Assembly: GCA_046481705.1 (NCBI GenBank)
Contig: JAWOJK010000331.1
Span: forward strand, 1 to 58,650
From: Desulfobacterales bacterium
GTDB taxonomy: Bacteria > Desulfobacterota > Desulfobacteria > Desulfobacterales > JAABRJ01
DNA length: 58,650 bases
Direction: 5' to 3'
Part shown: positions 58,360-58,650 of the stretch, piece after piece
Position numbering within the stretch: the first letter of the stretch is position 1
Layout of the letters: the number at the start of each line of letters is the position of its first letter
Made by a program: the position numbers and the translations under genes
The notes under the pieces: model-generated
What the model was told of the DNA's origin: nothing
Databases searched by the model: none
Seen by the model: only the letters and a program-made list of their open reading frames with translations

Positions 58360-58370
58360 GGTCAGAAAAA

Positions 58371-58394
58371 GTCGCGCAGAAAGTCGCGCAGAAA
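58371..58394 (+). repeat. Tandem 12-nt direct repeat (gtcgcgcagaaa x2) starting 12 nt after the integrase stop; mirrored at 58565-58588
   Basis: Read directly from the sequence. Confidence 0.7.
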
Positions 58395-58429
58395 GAAAAA
58401 CGGGCTAGCCCTTGCGGAGCTAACCCGTT
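58389..58429 (-). terminator. Rho-independent terminator on the minus strand (13-bp stem, cgcaa loop, U-tract)
   Basis: The minus strand reads aacggguuagcuc cgcaa gggcuagcccguu uuucuuucu. Confidence 0.5.
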
Positions 58430-58447
58430 GTTCTAGAACGAAAGTTT

Positions 58448-58508
58448 TGGTGCGGCTGGCAGGATTCGACCCAAGGGGTCGTGGGTTCGAATCCTGCCAG
58501 CCGCACCA
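58448..58508. other. Two head-to-head copies of a tRNA 3' end (T-loop, acceptor 3' strand, CCA): an att-like core arranged as a hairpin, not a complete tRNA
   Basis: Plus strand 58483-58508 reads gggttcgaatcctgccagccgcacca. 58448-58472 is its reverse complement minus one T. No D arm or anticodon arm is present. Confidence 0.55.
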
Positions 58509-58527
58509 GAACATTGCGTTCTAGAAC

Positions 58528-58568
58528 AACGGGTTAGATGCTTCGGCGTGTAGCCCGTTTTTCTTTCT
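58528..58568 (+). terminator. Rho-independent terminator on the plus strand (same outer stem as at 58399-58429 but an inner stem with a UUCG tetraloop)
   Basis: aacggguua g augc uucg gcgu g uagcccguu uuucuuucu. Confidence 0.55.
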
Positions 58569-58598
58569 GCGCGACTTTCTGCGCGACTTTTCCTGACC

Positions 58599-58650
58599 TC
58601 ATCCGTTGACCACCCGCAGCAGCGTGGTTCGGTCGCGCGTCTCGCGCACC
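58599..58650 (-). CDS. Partial second integrase copy (C-terminal 16 codons plus stop), inverted and running off the window end
   Basis: 58592-58650 is the exact reverse complement of 58308-58366 (...VRETRDRTTLLRVVNG*). Confidence 0.6.
   Translation of the reverse strand, partial: VRETRDRTTLLRVVNG

Larger units (their letters stand above)
58308..58650. repeat. Imperfect inverted repeat (palindrome, centre about 58478) spanning integrase 3' end, 12-nt repeats, terminator and tRNA fragment, then the mirror image
   Basis: The arms are identical except for one SNP (58367 A versus G), a different hairpin inner stem and loop (13 versus 14 nt), a different 7/8-nt spacer next to the tRNA fragment, and a 1-nt indel in the T-loop. 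Confidence 0.85.

Noticed and set aside
58448-58508. A complete tRNA gene
   Set aside because: The 5' GCGGCTG and 3' CAGCCGC-A-CCA strands are present, but only about 60 nt separate and include them. There is no D arm or anticodon arm. It is a palindromic duplication of the 3' fragment only.
1-58650. CRISPR arrays, rRNA genes, IS elements and toxin-antitoxin pairs
   Set aside because: I saw no regularly spaced direct repeats, no rRNA-like conserved blocks, no transposase-like ORFs and no small paired ORFs with TA signatures on either strand.

Overview
This is a high-GC (about 60-65%), gene-dense bacterial chromosomal window. Its gene content looks like a Desulfobacterota (deltaproteobacterial) anaerobe; this is an inference from dapL, the hemC plus cobA/hemD fusion, selA, gpgS, a B12-radical SAM gene and a DVU0524-like/flgM pair. 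Most of the window is housekeeping and well supported by diagnostic motifs in the translations: hisH/hisF, mazG, cvpA, the phoH-pgpH-ybeY operon, nnr, tsaE, lysC, pyrF, selA, gmhA, hemC, cobA-hemD, gpgS, moaA, dapL, acnA, crcB, kdsD and fba. Because of the GC content, nearly every real gene has a long antisense shadow ORF in the track, and I rejected these. Six regions deserve a second look. (1) At 44.5-48.2 kb an uncharacterised ~400-aa protein overlaps by 11 nt a membrane-inserted LonB-type AAA+ Ser-Lys protease, behind a candidate sigma-54 promoter; this is my best candidate for an undescribed two-gene system. (2) The window ends in an imperfect ~340-nt palindrome. A tyrosine integrase, a 12-nt tandem repeat and a terminator hairpin lead into two head-to-head tRNA 3' fragments, then the mirror image with different hairpin loops and the C-terminus of a second inverted integrase copy. 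(3) A tightly packed minus-strand corrinoid module holds a Cys-rich 67-aa protein, a B12-radical SAM enzyme, a PduO adenosyltransferase, an FNR-like reductase, an unknown multi-pass membrane protein and an EVE protein. (4) A CdaA-YbbR (CdaR-like) fusion lies 6 nt after a DUF2914-like gene. (5) selA is stop/start-overlapped with a degenerate GGDEF-TPR protein. (6) A small FliA-type promoter, DVU0524-like gene, flgM and terminator form a unit with no other flagellar genes nearby. I saw no CRISPR array, rRNA or complete tRNA. All family calls come from reading motifs by eye, and no searches were run.
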